Source: an uncultured delta proteobacterium (GTDB lineage: Bacteria > Myxococcota > Myxococcia > Myxococcales > Anaeromyxobacteraceae). Taken from it: a DNA stretch of 64,000 nucleotides. Below, piece by piece: positions 20,851-29,502 of the stretch. The stretch spans positions 64,001 to 128,000 of the forward strand of contig CAWHDZ010000016.1 of NCBI GenBank assembly GCA_963828255.1, in the 5' to 3' direction. The notes beneath the pieces were generated by a model that saw nothing but the letters and a program-made list of their open reading frames with translations, was not told where the DNA came from and did no database searches. Position 1 is the first letter of the stretch. Each line of letters opens with the position of its first letter. The position numbers were made by a program, and so were the translations under genes.

Positions 20851-21410
20851 GGGACGACCCGGGCCGCCCCGAGGATCTTCACCGGGGGTGCAAGGGTCTG
20901 CCCCCGGGCGGGCGCGGCGTGGATGCGACGCACCACCTCCATGCCCGACACCACCCGGCCGAGGACGGCGAAGCCCTGGCCGTCCGGGTTGCGCGTCCCG
21001 CCGAAGTCGAGGGAAGGCTGGGCCCCCACGCAGACGAAGAAGCCGGAGGTGGCGGTGTCCGGGCCGTCGCGCGCCATGGAGACGGCGCCGTCCAGGTGGA
21101 GGAGCCCGGTGTCGCGGGTGCGCTCGAGCGCCACCGGCGGGAGGTCCTTCCCCGGCGCCGCGCCGGCCTGGACCACGTCGATCTTCACGGCCTTCCCCGG
21201 CTGGTTGTCCGGCGAGGTGGTGACGGTCCGGTGGAAGGAGCCCCCGGCGTAGCGCCCCGCGTCCACGTAGCGGAGGAAGTTCCGCGCGGTCGCCGGGGCG
21301 CGTGCCTCGTCCACCTCGATCACGAGGTCGCCCTGATCGGTGCGGAACAGCACCCGGGGGAGCGGCGCGGGAGGCGCGGCCACGACGAGCGCGAGGAGCA
21401 GGGCGATCAC
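20847..21410 (-). CDS. Cyclophilin-type peptidyl-prolyl isomerase (signal peptide)
   Basis: APATARNFLRYV, FHR, VSMAR, FFVC and GFAVLGRV motifs. Confidence 0.9.
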   Translation of the reverse strand: MIALLLALVVAAPPAPLPRVLFRTDQGDLVIEVDEARAPATARNFLRYVDAGRYAGGSFHRTVTTSPDNQPGKAVKIDVVQAGAAPGKDLPPVALERTRDTGLLHLDGAVSMARDGPDTATSGFFVCVGAQPSLDFGGTRNPDGQGFAVLGRVVSGMEVVRRIHAAPARGQTLAPPVKILGAARVVP

Positions 21411-21437
21411 GCCCGGATGCTATTAGACTCGCCCGCC
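21411..21437. promoter_or_regulatory. Back-to-back -10 elements of a putative bidirectional leaderless promoter
   Basis: Minus-strand TAGCAT (21417-21422) is 6 nt before the PPIase GTG; plus-strand TAGACT (21424-21429) is 8 nt before the peptidase ATG; no SD on either side. Confidence 0.55.
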
Positions 21438-23117
21438 ATGCGCACACCCTTCATCGCCCTCTTCCTGCTCGTCGCCGCCTCCGCCTCGGCCGCCTCGCCC
21501 CCCCCGCCCGCCGCGAAGTTCCCCGACGCCGCCGCGCTCCGGAAGCTCGACGCCCAGTACGCGCCGGTGGACCTCGCCGTGGACGTCTCGAGTCTCCCCG
21601 CGTCGGAGCGGAAGGCGCTCGCCCTGCTCATCGAGGCCAGCCGGGTCGTGGACGCACTCTTCCTCCGGCAGGTGTGGGCCGGCGCCACCGCCATGCTGCT
21701 CTCGCTCCAGGACGACCCGTCGCCGCTGGGCCGGGCGCGGCTGGCCTTCTTCCTGCGCAACAAGGGGCCATGGGACCGGCTCGACCACGACCGGATCTTC
21801 ATCCCCGGCGCGCCGCCTTCGCCCGAGGCCGGCACCTTCTACCCGCCGGGCGCGACGAAGGAGGAGATCGCCGCCTGGAACGGCTCCCTGCCGGAGAAGG
21901 AGCGGGCCATCGCCACCGGCTTCTTCTCGGTGGTCCGCCGCACCCCGGGCGGCTTCGTGGCGGTGCCCTACTCGATGGAGTACCAGGTCGAGCTGGCGCT
22001 GGCGGCCTCCCTCCTGCGCCAGGCCGCCGCGGCCACCGCCGAGCCCGCCCTGAAGCGCTTCCTCGAGACCCGGGCCTCGGCGCTCCTCTCCGACGACTAC
22101 TACGACAGCGACGTGGCCTGGATGGAGATCGACGGTGCGGTCGAGCCCACCTTCGGCCCCTACGAGACCTACGGCGACGGCTGGTTCAACGCCAAGGCGG
22201 CCTTCCAGGCCTACGTCACCGTCCGTGACGAGGGCGAGACGGCCAAGCTGGCCCGCCTCTCCGGCGAGTTGCAGGACATCGAGGACCACCTGCCCATGGA
22301 CCCGGCCTGGAAGAATCCGAAGCTCGGCTCGCTCGCCCCCATCCGCGTGGTGAACCAGATCTTCGCCGCCGGAGACGGCCGGCGCGGCGTCACCACCGCG
22401 GCCTTCAACCTCCCCAACGACGAGCGCATCCTCAGCGAGAAGGGGGCCAAGCGGGTGATGCTGAAGAACGTCCAGGAGGCCAAGTTCCAGAAGGTGCTGC
22501 TGCCCATCTCCAAGGTGGCGATCGCGCCGGCCGACGGGCGGCGGGTCTCCTTCGACGCCTTCTTCACCCACATCCTCATGCACGAGCTGGTGCACGGCCT
22601 CGGCCCCCACGGACTCGAACGTCCCTCCGGCCGCACCACGGTGCGCGAGCAGCTCGGCTCCCAGTACGCCGCCATCGAGGAGGCCAAGGCCGACGTGGTC
22701 GGGCTCTTCGCGCTGCACCGGCTGGTGGATCGGGGCGTGCTGCCGAAGGAGCTCGAGCGGACCATGTACGCCACCTTCCTGGCCTCCTGCTTCCGCTCCA
22801 TCCGCTTCGGCGTGAACGAGGCGCACGGGCGCGGCGTGGCCCTTCAGCTCAACTGGTTCCTCGACCAGGGGGCGGTGGTGGTGGGCAAGGACGGCCGGTT
22901 CGCCGTGGTGGACGGGAAGATCCGCGCCTCGGTCGAGTCGCTCTCGCGGGAAATCCTGGCCATCCAGGCCAACGGCGACGCAGCCGGGGCGAAGGCGCTT
23001 CTCGACCGGATGGCCATCGTCCGACCCCCGGTCGCCACGGTGCTCGAGCGGCTGCGCGCCATCCCGGTGGACGTGGCGCCCCGCTTCGTCGCCGCCGAGG
23101 CGCTCACCGGCCGCTGA
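21438..23117 (+). CDS. Secreted M49 (dipeptidyl-peptidase III-like) zinc peptidase
   Basis: Signal peptide; GPYETY, AFNLPNDE, HELVH and EEAKAD motifs; start ATG 21438. Confidence 0.85.
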   Translation: MRTPFIALFLLVAASASAASPPPPAAKFPDAAALRKLDAQYAPVDLAVDVSSLPASERKALALLIEASRVVDALFLRQVWAGATAMLLSLQDDPSPLGRARLAFFLRNKGPWDRLDHDRIFIPGAPPSPEAGTFYPPGATKEEIAAWNGSLPEKERAIATGFFSVVRRTPGGFVAVPYSMEYQVELALAASLLRQAAAATAEPALKRFLETRASALLSDDYYDSDVAWMEIDGAVEPTFGPYETYGDGWFNAKAAFQAYVTVRDEGETAKLARLSGELQDIEDHLPMDPAWKNPKLGSLAPIRVVNQIFAAGDGRRGVTTAAFNLPNDERILSEKGAKRVMLKNVQEAKFQKVLLPISKVAIAPADGRRVSFDAFFTHILMHELVHGLGPHGLERPSGRTTVREQLGSQYAAIEEAKADVVGLFALHRLVDRGVLPKELERTMYATFLASCFRSIRFGVNEAHGRGVALQLNWFLDQGAVVVGKDGRFAVVDGKIRASVESLSREILAIQANGDAAGAKALLDRMAIVRPPVATVLERLRAIPVDVAPRFVAAEALTGR

Positions 23118-23724
23118 GGCCGTGCCAGAGCTGCAGGGCGCCCATCACCGCCATCCCCGCCGCCGATGCGAGCCCGAGCCCGCGCGCGGTGCGGGGGCCG
23201 ATGCGCCCGGCCAGGCCGAAGGCGGCCACCAGCGCCGCCTTCCCGCCCACCAGCAGCCCGTAGAAGCCCAGCAGGAAGGCCAGCGCGCCCGCCCCCGAGC
23301 CCCGCCAGGCCTCGGCCAGGATGGGACCGCACACCGTGCTCCAGAAGATCCAGGGGCCGGGGCCGGTGGCGTTCACCAGCACGGCGCGCAGGAATGACCC
23401 CCCCGCGCCCCCGGGCGGCGCCGCCGGGCCGGACCGGGCTTCACCCGCGGTACGAAGGCTCCCCAGCGCCAGCCAGACCAGGAACGCTCCCCCGGCCACC
23501 TCCAGGACGCGGAGGAACCCCTCCGGCACCCGGGAGAGCGCGAGGAGGATCAGCGCCACGATGGGGACGTCGCTCACCAGGGGTGCGAGCGCGAGCGGCA
23601 GCGTGCGCCGCACGCCGTGCCGGGAGGCGTGGGCGAAGAGGAAGGCCTGGAACGGTCCCGGCGAGACCGCCGCCGAGAATCCCAATGTCATACCCTGAGT
23701 GAATAACGAAAAAATCGCGCCCAC
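23104..23724 (-). CDS. LysE-family amino-acid exporter
   Basis: SPGPFQ, GGAFLVWL and hydrophobic helices. Start chosen at GTG 23724 (CATAGT 6 nt upstream); track start is 23742. Confidence 0.85.
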   Translation of the reverse strand: MGAIFSLFTQGMTLGFSAAVSPGPFQAFLFAHASRHGVRRTLPLALAPLVSDVPIVALILLALSRVPEGFLRVLEVAGGAFLVWLALGSLRTAGEARSGPAAPPGGAGGSFLRAVLVNATGPGPWIFWSTVCGPILAEAWRGSGAGALAFLLGFYGLLVGGKAALVAAFGLAGRIGPRTARGLGLASAAGMAVMGALQLWHGLSGR

Positions 23725-23759
23725 GGGTCCACTATGTCGCAAGTCCTGCGCATTCGCTC

Positions 23760-23773
23760 TTGATCCGCGTCAG
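23760..23773 (+). promoter_or_regulatory. FNR/CRP-family (anaerobox)-like site upstream of ccoN
   Basis: TTGAT-CCGC-GTCAG versus consensus TTGAT-N4-ATCAA (8/10), about 100 nt before ccoN. Confidence 0.5.
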
Positions 23774-23872
23774 TCCAGTCGATGATCAGCCCCGGATCGG
23801 CCCAAGATCGCTCCCCCGCGCCGGGAACGCTTCTTGTAATCTCTCGCCGCGCCGTCCACGGCGGAGGGAACG

Positions 23873-25291
23873 ATGAACCAGGAATACCGGTACGACTACA
23901 AGACGGTGGAGGGGTACATCCTCTCCGCCATCGTCTGGGCGGTGGTGGGCCTTCTCGTGGGTCTTCTCATCTCGGTGCAGCTCTTCGCGCCGGCCCTGAA
24001 CTTCGCCCCCTGGGCCAGCTTCGGGCGCATGCGGACGGTGCACACCAACATCCTCGGCTTCGGGCTGGGTGTGGGCGCCATCTTCGGGCTCTCCTACTAC
24101 ATCCTCATGAAGCTCACCCGGCGCACGCTGCTCTTCCCCAGGCTGGCGCGGCTGCAGCTGTGGCTCTTCAACGTGGGCATCTTCCTCGCGCTGGTGACGC
24201 TGGCCATGGGCTACACCCAGTCGCTCGAGTACGCCGAGATGGAGTGGCCCCTCGACATCGCCATCGTCATCCTCTGGGTGATGTTCGCGGTGAACGTGAT
24301 CGGGACCATCCTGGTCCGGCGCGAGGAGCAGATGTACGTCTCGCTCTGGTACATCATCGCCACCGTGGTGGGCGTGGCGGTGCTCTACATCGTGAACAAC
24401 CTGTCGATCCCGGTGGGGCTGCTCAAGAGCTACCACCTCTTCGCCGGCGTGAACTCGGCCAACGTCGAGTGGTGGTACGGCCACAACGTGGTGGGCTTCG
24501 TCTTCACCATGCCCATCCTGGCCATGTTCTACTACTTCCTCCCCAAGTCCACGGGGCTGCCCATCTTCAGCCACCGGCTCTCCATCGTGGCCTTCTGGTC
24601 GCTGGTCTTCGGCTACCTCTGGACCGGAGCCCACCACCTCGTCTACTCGCCGCTCCCCGACTGGATCCAGACGCTCGCCATCGTCTTCACCCTCTTCCTC
24701 ATCGCGCCCTCCTGGGGCTCGGTGGTGAACGGCTACGGCACCATCGGCGAGGACTGGGGCCGGATGAAGTCCGACTACCTGGCCAAGTTCTTCATCCTGG
24801 GCATCACCTTCTACGGCCTGCAGACCGTGCAGGGGCCCACCCAGGGGCTCCGGGTGGTCTCGCAGCTCATCCACTTCACCGACTGGGTTCCCGGCCACGT
24901 GCACATGGGCACCATGGGCTGGGTCGCATTGACGGTGACCGCCTCGATCTACTACGTCATCCCCAAGATCTACGGCACCGAGATCTTCAGCGTGAAGCTC
25001 GCCAACCTGCACTTCTGGCTGGTGCTGGTCGGGCAGCTCGTCTTCTCGGCCACCGGCTGGATCACCGGCATCCAGCAGGGCGCCATGTGGAAGGCGCTCA
25101 CCCCGGAGGGCACCCTCAAGTACACCTTCATGGAGACCCTGGTGAAGAACTACCCGTACTGGCACGTGCGGGCGCTGGCCGGGACCATCTTCATCGTCGG
25201 CATGGTGGTCTTCGTGCTGAACGTCCTGCTGACCATCCAGAAGGGGCGCGCGCTCGAGGCCGGCAAGTCCGCGGTCCCGGCGGCGGCGTAG
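23873..25291 (+). CDS. ccoN: cbb3-type cytochrome c oxidase subunit I
   Basis: GRMRTVHTN, EYAE, WWYGHN, YLWTGAHHL and GHVHMG motifs: all metal-ligand His and the helix-VII Tyr are present. Confidence 0.96.
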   Translation: MNQEYRYDYKTVEGYILSAIVWAVVGLLVGLLISVQLFAPALNFAPWASFGRMRTVHTNILGFGLGVGAIFGLSYYILMKLTRRTLLFPRLARLQLWLFNVGIFLALVTLAMGYTQSLEYAEMEWPLDIAIVILWVMFAVNVIGTILVRREEQMYVSLWYIIATVVGVAVLYIVNNLSIPVGLLKSYHLFAGVNSANVEWWYGHNVVGFVFTMPILAMFYYFLPKSTGLPIFSHRLSIVAFWSLVFGYLWTGAHHLVYSPLPDWIQTLAIVFTLFLIAPSWGSVVNGYGTIGEDWGRMKSDYLAKFFILGITFYGLQTVQGPTQGLRVVSQLIHFTDWVPGHVHMGTMGWVALTVTASIYYVIPKIYGTEIFSVKLANLHFWLVLVGQLVFSATGWITGIQQGAMWKALTPEGTLKYTFMETLVKNYPYWHVRALAGTIFIVGMVVFVLNVLLTIQKGRALEAGKSAVPAAA

Positions 25292-25306
25292 GGGAGGGCG
25301 AGAGCC

Positions 25307-26287
25307 ATGGCGGGAAAGATCTACAGCAAGCCCATCGTCTTCACCCTGGCCGTCACGGCGACGGTGCTGGCGGGCTCCATCGTGATGATGGCGTACCCCA
25401 TGATGCGGCCGGAGATGCACCCCAAGCTGGAGAACCTGCGCCCCTTCACGCCGCTCCAGCTGGCCGGGCGCGACATCTACCAGCGCGAGGGCTGCGTCAA
25501 CTGCCACAGCATGATGGTGCGGCCGCTGCGCACCGAGGTGATGCGCTACGGCGAGTACTCCAAGGCCGGTGAGTTCGCCTACGACCGTCCCTTCCTCTGG
25601 GGCTCGAAGCGCACCGGTCCCGACCTGGCGCGCGAGGGGGGCAAGCGTCCCGACGCCTGGCACCTGGCCCACTACGACAACCCCCAGGCGGTGGTGCCCC
25701 GGTCCAACATGCCGGGCTACGGCTGGATGAAGGCGAACAAGCTCGACCCGGCCTCGGTCCAGGCCCACATGGACGGCCTCGGGATGCCGCACACCGCGCA
25801 GCAGATCGCCGAGCTGGCCACCCGCACCGAGATGGACGCCCTCATCGCCTACACCCAGCAGCTGGGGCACGCGGTGGAGAAGAAGAAGGTGGCCGGCGGC
25901 TTCGACCTGGCGGCGGTGAACCCCTTCGGCAGCTCCCCCCAGGCCATCGCCGCGGGCGCGGTCCTCTACGCGCAGGACTGCGCGGTCTGCCACGGCGACG
26001 AGGGGCACGGCGGCATCGGCCCCTCCTTCATCCAGAAGAAGTTCCTCGAGCAGCCCGGCTACGGCACCGACGGCGAGTACTTCGCCATCATCGCCGGGGG
26101 CAGCGAGGCGAAGAAGGCCATCGGCCGCCCCGGCCTGGCCGACGGCGGCATGGAGGCCTACGGCGCCCAGATCCCGCCCGACGGCATCTGGAAGATCGTG
26201 AGCTTCATCCGCGCCCAGCAGCTCCACGAGGGCGCCGAGCCGCCCGCCGTGGAGAAGCGCGAGCACGAGACCGGCGGAAAGCACTGA
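25307..26287 (+). CDS. ccoO: cbb3 subunit II (CcoO) fused to an extra c-type cytochrome domain
   Basis: GRDIYQREGCVNCH and WGSKRTGPDL motifs; second heme site CAVCH with a downstream Met. Confidence 0.92.
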   Translation: MAGKIYSKPIVFTLAVTATVLAGSIVMMAYPMMRPEMHPKLENLRPFTPLQLAGRDIYQREGCVNCHSMMVRPLRTEVMRYGEYSKAGEFAYDRPFLWGSKRTGPDLAREGGKRPDAWHLAHYDNPQAVVPRSNMPGYGWMKANKLDPASVQAHMDGLGMPHTAQQIAELATRTEMDALIAYTQQLGHAVEKKKVAGGFDLAAVNPFGSSPQAIAAGAVLYAQDCAVCHGDEGHGGIGPSFIQKKFLEQPGYGTDGEYFAIIAGGSEAKKAIGRPGLADGGMEAYGAQIPPDGIWKIVSFIRAQQLHEGAEPPAVEKREHETGGKH

Positions 26288-26301
26288 GAGGAACGACGGC
26301 C

Positions 26302-26610
26302 ATGAACGAACTTCCCGACACCGCGGACGGACTCCAGACCAAGGAGACGGAGAGCAAGATCCCGCTGGGCTGGTGGGCGCTCTTCTGGGGGCTCATCGTC
26401 TGGGGCGTCTACTACGTCTGGGCCTACACCCCCTCGCTGGGCGGCTGGTCGCAGTCGAAGGCCTACGAAGAATCGGTCCAGGCCGCGGTCGCCGCGTCGG
26501 GCGACGCCGGCGCCAACATCTTCACGACGGTCCTCTTCACCGTGCTGCCGACCCTGGCCGCCATCGGGCTCTACCTGGCCGCCCGCCGCCGCAAGGCCGG
26601 GAAGGGCTAG
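26302..26610 (+). CDS. Stand-alone CcoP/FixP N-terminal membrane domain (no heme)
   Basis: IPLGWWALFWGLIVWGVYY resembles the FixP_N 'P.WW' helix; second TM; no CxxCH. Confidence 0.75.
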   Translation: MNELPDTADGLQTKETESKIPLGWWALFWGLIVWGVYYVWAYTPSLGGWSQSKAYEESVQAAVAASGDAGANIFTTVLFTVLPTLAAIGLYLAARRRKAGKG

Positions 26611-26616
26611 GCGCCC

Positions 26617-26775
26617 GTGAAGCCCGAGGGCATCCCCGGCGACGACTGGGTCTACCTGTTCACCGGCCTGCTCCTCACCACGGCCCTGCTCTGGATCACC
26701 GTCCACTACTTCTCGAAGAAGAGGAAGGCGAGCGTCGAGGCGGCGAAGTACAAGATGCTCGATGACGACGAGTAG
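26617..26775 (+). CDS. ccoQ: CcoQ-like small subunit (52 aa, not in ORF track)
   Basis: VKPEGIPGDDWVYLFTGLLLTTALLWITVHYFSKKRKASVEAAKYKMLDDDE: single TM plus basic/acidic tail, inside the cco operon. Confidence 0.7.
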   Translation: MKPEGIPGDDWVYLFTGLLLTTALLWITVHYFSKKRKASVEAAKYKMLDDDE

Positions 26776-27997
26776 CCCGGTCACGACGAGGCGGTTCGGG
26801 CCCTGGCGCAGGTGGGCCGGGTTCGCCCAGGCCGCAGCCTTCCTGGGCCTGCCCTTCGTCACGGTGCGGGGCGAGAGCGCGCTGCGCTTCGACGTCGGCA
26901 GCCTGAAGCTCCACGTCCTGGGCGCCACCCTCTGGATGGACGAGTTCTTCGTCGTCCTGCTGGCCACCCTGGCCGTCTCCTTCGTCTTCCTCCTCGTCAC
27001 CTTCGTCTGGGGCAGGGTCTGGTGCGGATGGAGCTGCCCGCAGACCATCCTCGGCGACCTCACCCAGGCGCTCGCCTCCGAGCGCACCCGGAAGAAGCGG
27101 CGCCCGGCCCGCCTGGCCCTCGCCTGGGGAACCGTCGCGCTCGTCTCGGCGGTCTTCTCCGCGGCGACGCTCTGGTACTTCGTCCCGCCCTGGGAGTTCC
27201 TCGCGCGGCTCGTCGAAGGCTCCCTCGGCCCCGTCCTGGGCTGGAGCTGGGTGGTGCTGGGCGTCATCCTCCTCCTCGACCTGGGCTTCGTCCGGGGCAG
27301 CTTCTGCGCCACCACCTGTCCGTACGCCAAGCTGCAGGGCGTCCTCTTCGACCGGGCCACGCTGGTCGTTGCCTACGACGAGCGGCGCGACGCGGAGTGC
27401 ATCGACTGCCTGGCCTGCGTGCGGGTCTGCCCCACCGGCATCGACATCCGCGACGGGCTCCAGGCCGAGTGCATCGCCTGCGCCCAGTGCGTGGACGCCT
27501 GCGCCCCCATCCTGGCGCGGTACGGGAAGCCCACGCTGGTGGACTACTTCTTCGGGGCGCCGGGCGACCGGCCGCGCCTCCTGCGCCCGGTGGTGCTGGC
27601 GCTCGGGGCCGCGTCGATCCTCGCGGTGGGAGGAACGGTCGTGGCTGCGGTCCACGCCGGCCGCGAGAGCCTCGACCTGACCGTGTCCTTCTCCTCCCGG
27701 TTCCTCCCCCGCACGGGCCCGGACGGCCGGGTGGTGAACGCCTACGACGTGGCGCTGGAGAACCGGGGCCGCCAGAAGCTGACGCTCACGCTCTCGCTCG
27801 CGCCTGTCCAGGGCCTGGCCACCGTCAGCCCGGACCGGGTGGAGCTCGCGCCCGGGGAGCACCGGACGGTCTTCCTGGTCGCGTCTGCCTCCGGACTGGG
27901 GCCCGGACCGGTGGTGCAGGCCCTCCTCACCGCAACCGGGCCGGGCGGTGATACGGTACGCGCCCAGGTCCCCATGTTCCTGCCGAGGACGCCCTGA
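26762..27997 (+). CDS. ccoG: cbb3 accessory polyferredoxin / cupric reductase
   Basis: GRVWCGWSCPQT, CPY, two CxxCxxCxxxC clusters and a FixG C-terminal Ig domain. Confidence 0.92.
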   Translation: MTTSSPVTTRRFGPWRRWAGFAQAAAFLGLPFVTVRGESALRFDVGSLKLHVLGATLWMDEFFVVLLATLAVSFVFLLVTFVWGRVWCGWSCPQTILGDLTQALASERTRKKRRPARLALAWGTVALVSAVFSAATLWYFVPPWEFLARLVEGSLGPVLGWSWVVLGVILLLDLGFVRGSFCATTCPYAKLQGVLFDRATLVVAYDERRDAECIDCLACVRVCPTGIDIRDGLQAECIACAQCVDACAPILARYGKPTLVDYFFGAPGDRPRLLRPVVLALGAASILAVGGTVVAAVHAGRESLDLTVSFSSRFLPRTGPDGRVVNAYDVALENRGRQKLTLTLSLAPVQGLATVSPDRVELAPGEHRTVFLVASASGLGPGPVVQALLTATGPGGDTVRAQVPMFLPRTP

Positions 27998-28812
27998 AGA
28001 TCGTCATCGCCATCGTCGCCGCCGTCGCCCTGGCCGCCGTCGCCGGGGCCATCTGGGTGGGCGCGAGCACCTTCGAGCGGACCGTGGTCGCCGACCCGTA
28101 CGAGTCGGGCATCCACCACGACGCCGACCGGCGGAAGGCGCAGGCGCTGGGGTGGATCGTGGCCGTGGACGAGGGCTCGCTCCGCGCCGGCCCGGAGGCC
28201 AGCCTGGCCGTCCGGCTCACCGGCAGGGACGGGACGCCCTTCGACGACGCCGAGGTGCTCTTCCGGGTCTCGCGCGCCGGCACCAGCCGTTTCGACCGGT
28301 CCGCGCCGGCGACCCACTCCGCGAGCGGCCGGTACACCGCGGTCCTCTCCATGACCGAGCCCGGGTTCTGGGACCTCGACGTCGTGGTCCGGCGGGGCGG
28401 GGAGAGTCTCACCCTGGGCAAGTGGATCCACGTGGCCGGCGAGGTCGGCGAGGGGGTCCACTGCGACGCCGGGGTGCGCCCGTGCGGCGCCGACGCCGGG
28501 GACGTCCGGGTGGTCCTCGACCTGGCGCCCCACCCGCCCGTTCCCTTGAAGGAGCTGGATGCGGCGGTCCAGCTCACCCGCGGTGGGGCCCCCCTGGCCG
28601 GCGCCGAGGTCGCGGTCGAGATCTCCATGGCCGGCATGTTCATGGGGGAGAACCGGATCCCGCTGCGGGTCGTCGGGCCCGGGCGCTACGCCGGCAAGGG
28701 CGCGCTCCTGCGCTGCACGAGCGGCCGGCGCGACTGGCTGGCCGAGGTGGTGGTGCGGGTGCCCGGCGGCGGCGAGACGCGCGCCCGCTTCCCGTTCCAG
28801 GCCGCGGAGTAG
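27994..28812 (+). CDS. ccoH: FixH/CcoH-like protein with two YtkA-like domains
   Basis: TM anchor KIVIAIVAAVALAAV.. begins at CTG 27994; VVADPYESGI motif; two 'GRY' Ig-like repeats. Confidence 0.75.
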   Translation: MKIVIAIVAAVALAAVAGAIWVGASTFERTVVADPYESGIHHDADRRKAQALGWIVAVDEGSLRAGPEASLAVRLTGRDGTPFDDAEVLFRVSRAGTSRFDRSAPATHSASGRYTAVLSMTEPGFWDLDVVVRRGGESLTLGKWIHVAGEVGEGVHCDAGVRPCGADAGDVRVVLDLAPHPPVPLKELDAAVQLTRGGAPLAGAEVAVEISMAGMFMGENRIPLRVVGPGRYAGKGALLRCTSGRRDWLAEVVVRVPGGGETRARFPFQAAE

Positions 28813-28821
28813 CCGTCCGTC

Positions 28822-29502
28822 GTGGACGCCTCGCTCCCGATCGCGCTGGCCACCGGGTTCCTGGGCGGGTTCGGCCATTGCGTGGCCATGTGCGGGCCGC
28901 TGGTGGGGGCGCTCGGCATCTCGGCGCCCCCGGGCACCCCGGCCCGCCGGGCCCTCCTCCCGCAGCTCGCCTACCACATGGGCCGCATCACCACCTACGG
29001 CACCATCGGCGCGGTCATGGGGCTCTTCGGGTCCTTCGTGAACGTGGCCGGCCGGATGGCGGGGTGGCAGGACGTGGTGGCGGTGCTGGCCGGGCTCCTC
29101 ATGGTCGCCATGGGGCTGGGCGCCGCCCTTCAGTCACTTTGGGTGAAATCCGCGGAGGGGCGGCTGGCCGGCCGGGTGCTGGCGGCGGTCCGGAGGCTGG
29201 CCGGACACGAGGCGCCCGTGCGCGCCTACCCGCTCGGCCTCGTGCTCGGATTCCTTCCCTGCGGCCTCTCCTACTCCGCCTTCGCCGCGGCGGCGGCCAC
29301 CGGGAGCCCGGTGGCCGGCATGGCGATCGCGCTGGCCTTCGGGGCCGGGACCCTGCCGGCGCTGCTGCTCGCCGGGGCGGTGGTGAGCGCGCTCTCCTTC
29401 CGCGCCCGCGGGCTTCTCCAGCGGGCCGGCGGAGGGCTGGTGGCGCTGCTCGGGGTGCTCTTCGTCCTGCGGGGGCTGCGCGTCCATGTCCCTTCGCTGT
29501 GA
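28822..29502 (+). CDS. DsbD_2/TauE-like membrane protein of cbb3 assembly clusters
   Basis: GHCVAMCG, GFLPCGL and AFGAGTLP motifs. Confidence 0.88.
   Translation: MDASLPIALATGFLGGFGHCVAMCGPLVGALGISAPPGTPARRALLPQLAYHMGRITTYGTIGAVMGLFGSFVNVAGRMAGWQDVVAVLAGLLMVAMGLGAALQSLWVKSAEGRLAGRVLAAVRRLAGHEAPVRAYPLGLVLGFLPCGLSYSAFAAAAATGSPVAGMAIALAFGAGTLPALLLAGAVVSALSFRARGLLQRAGGGLVALLGVLFVLRGLRVHVPSL

Noticed and set aside
23873..25291. CcoN as a nitric oxide reductase
   Set aside because: It has the C-family helix-VII Tyr and cbb3 motifs and sits with ccoO/G/H/I/S copper-assembly genes.
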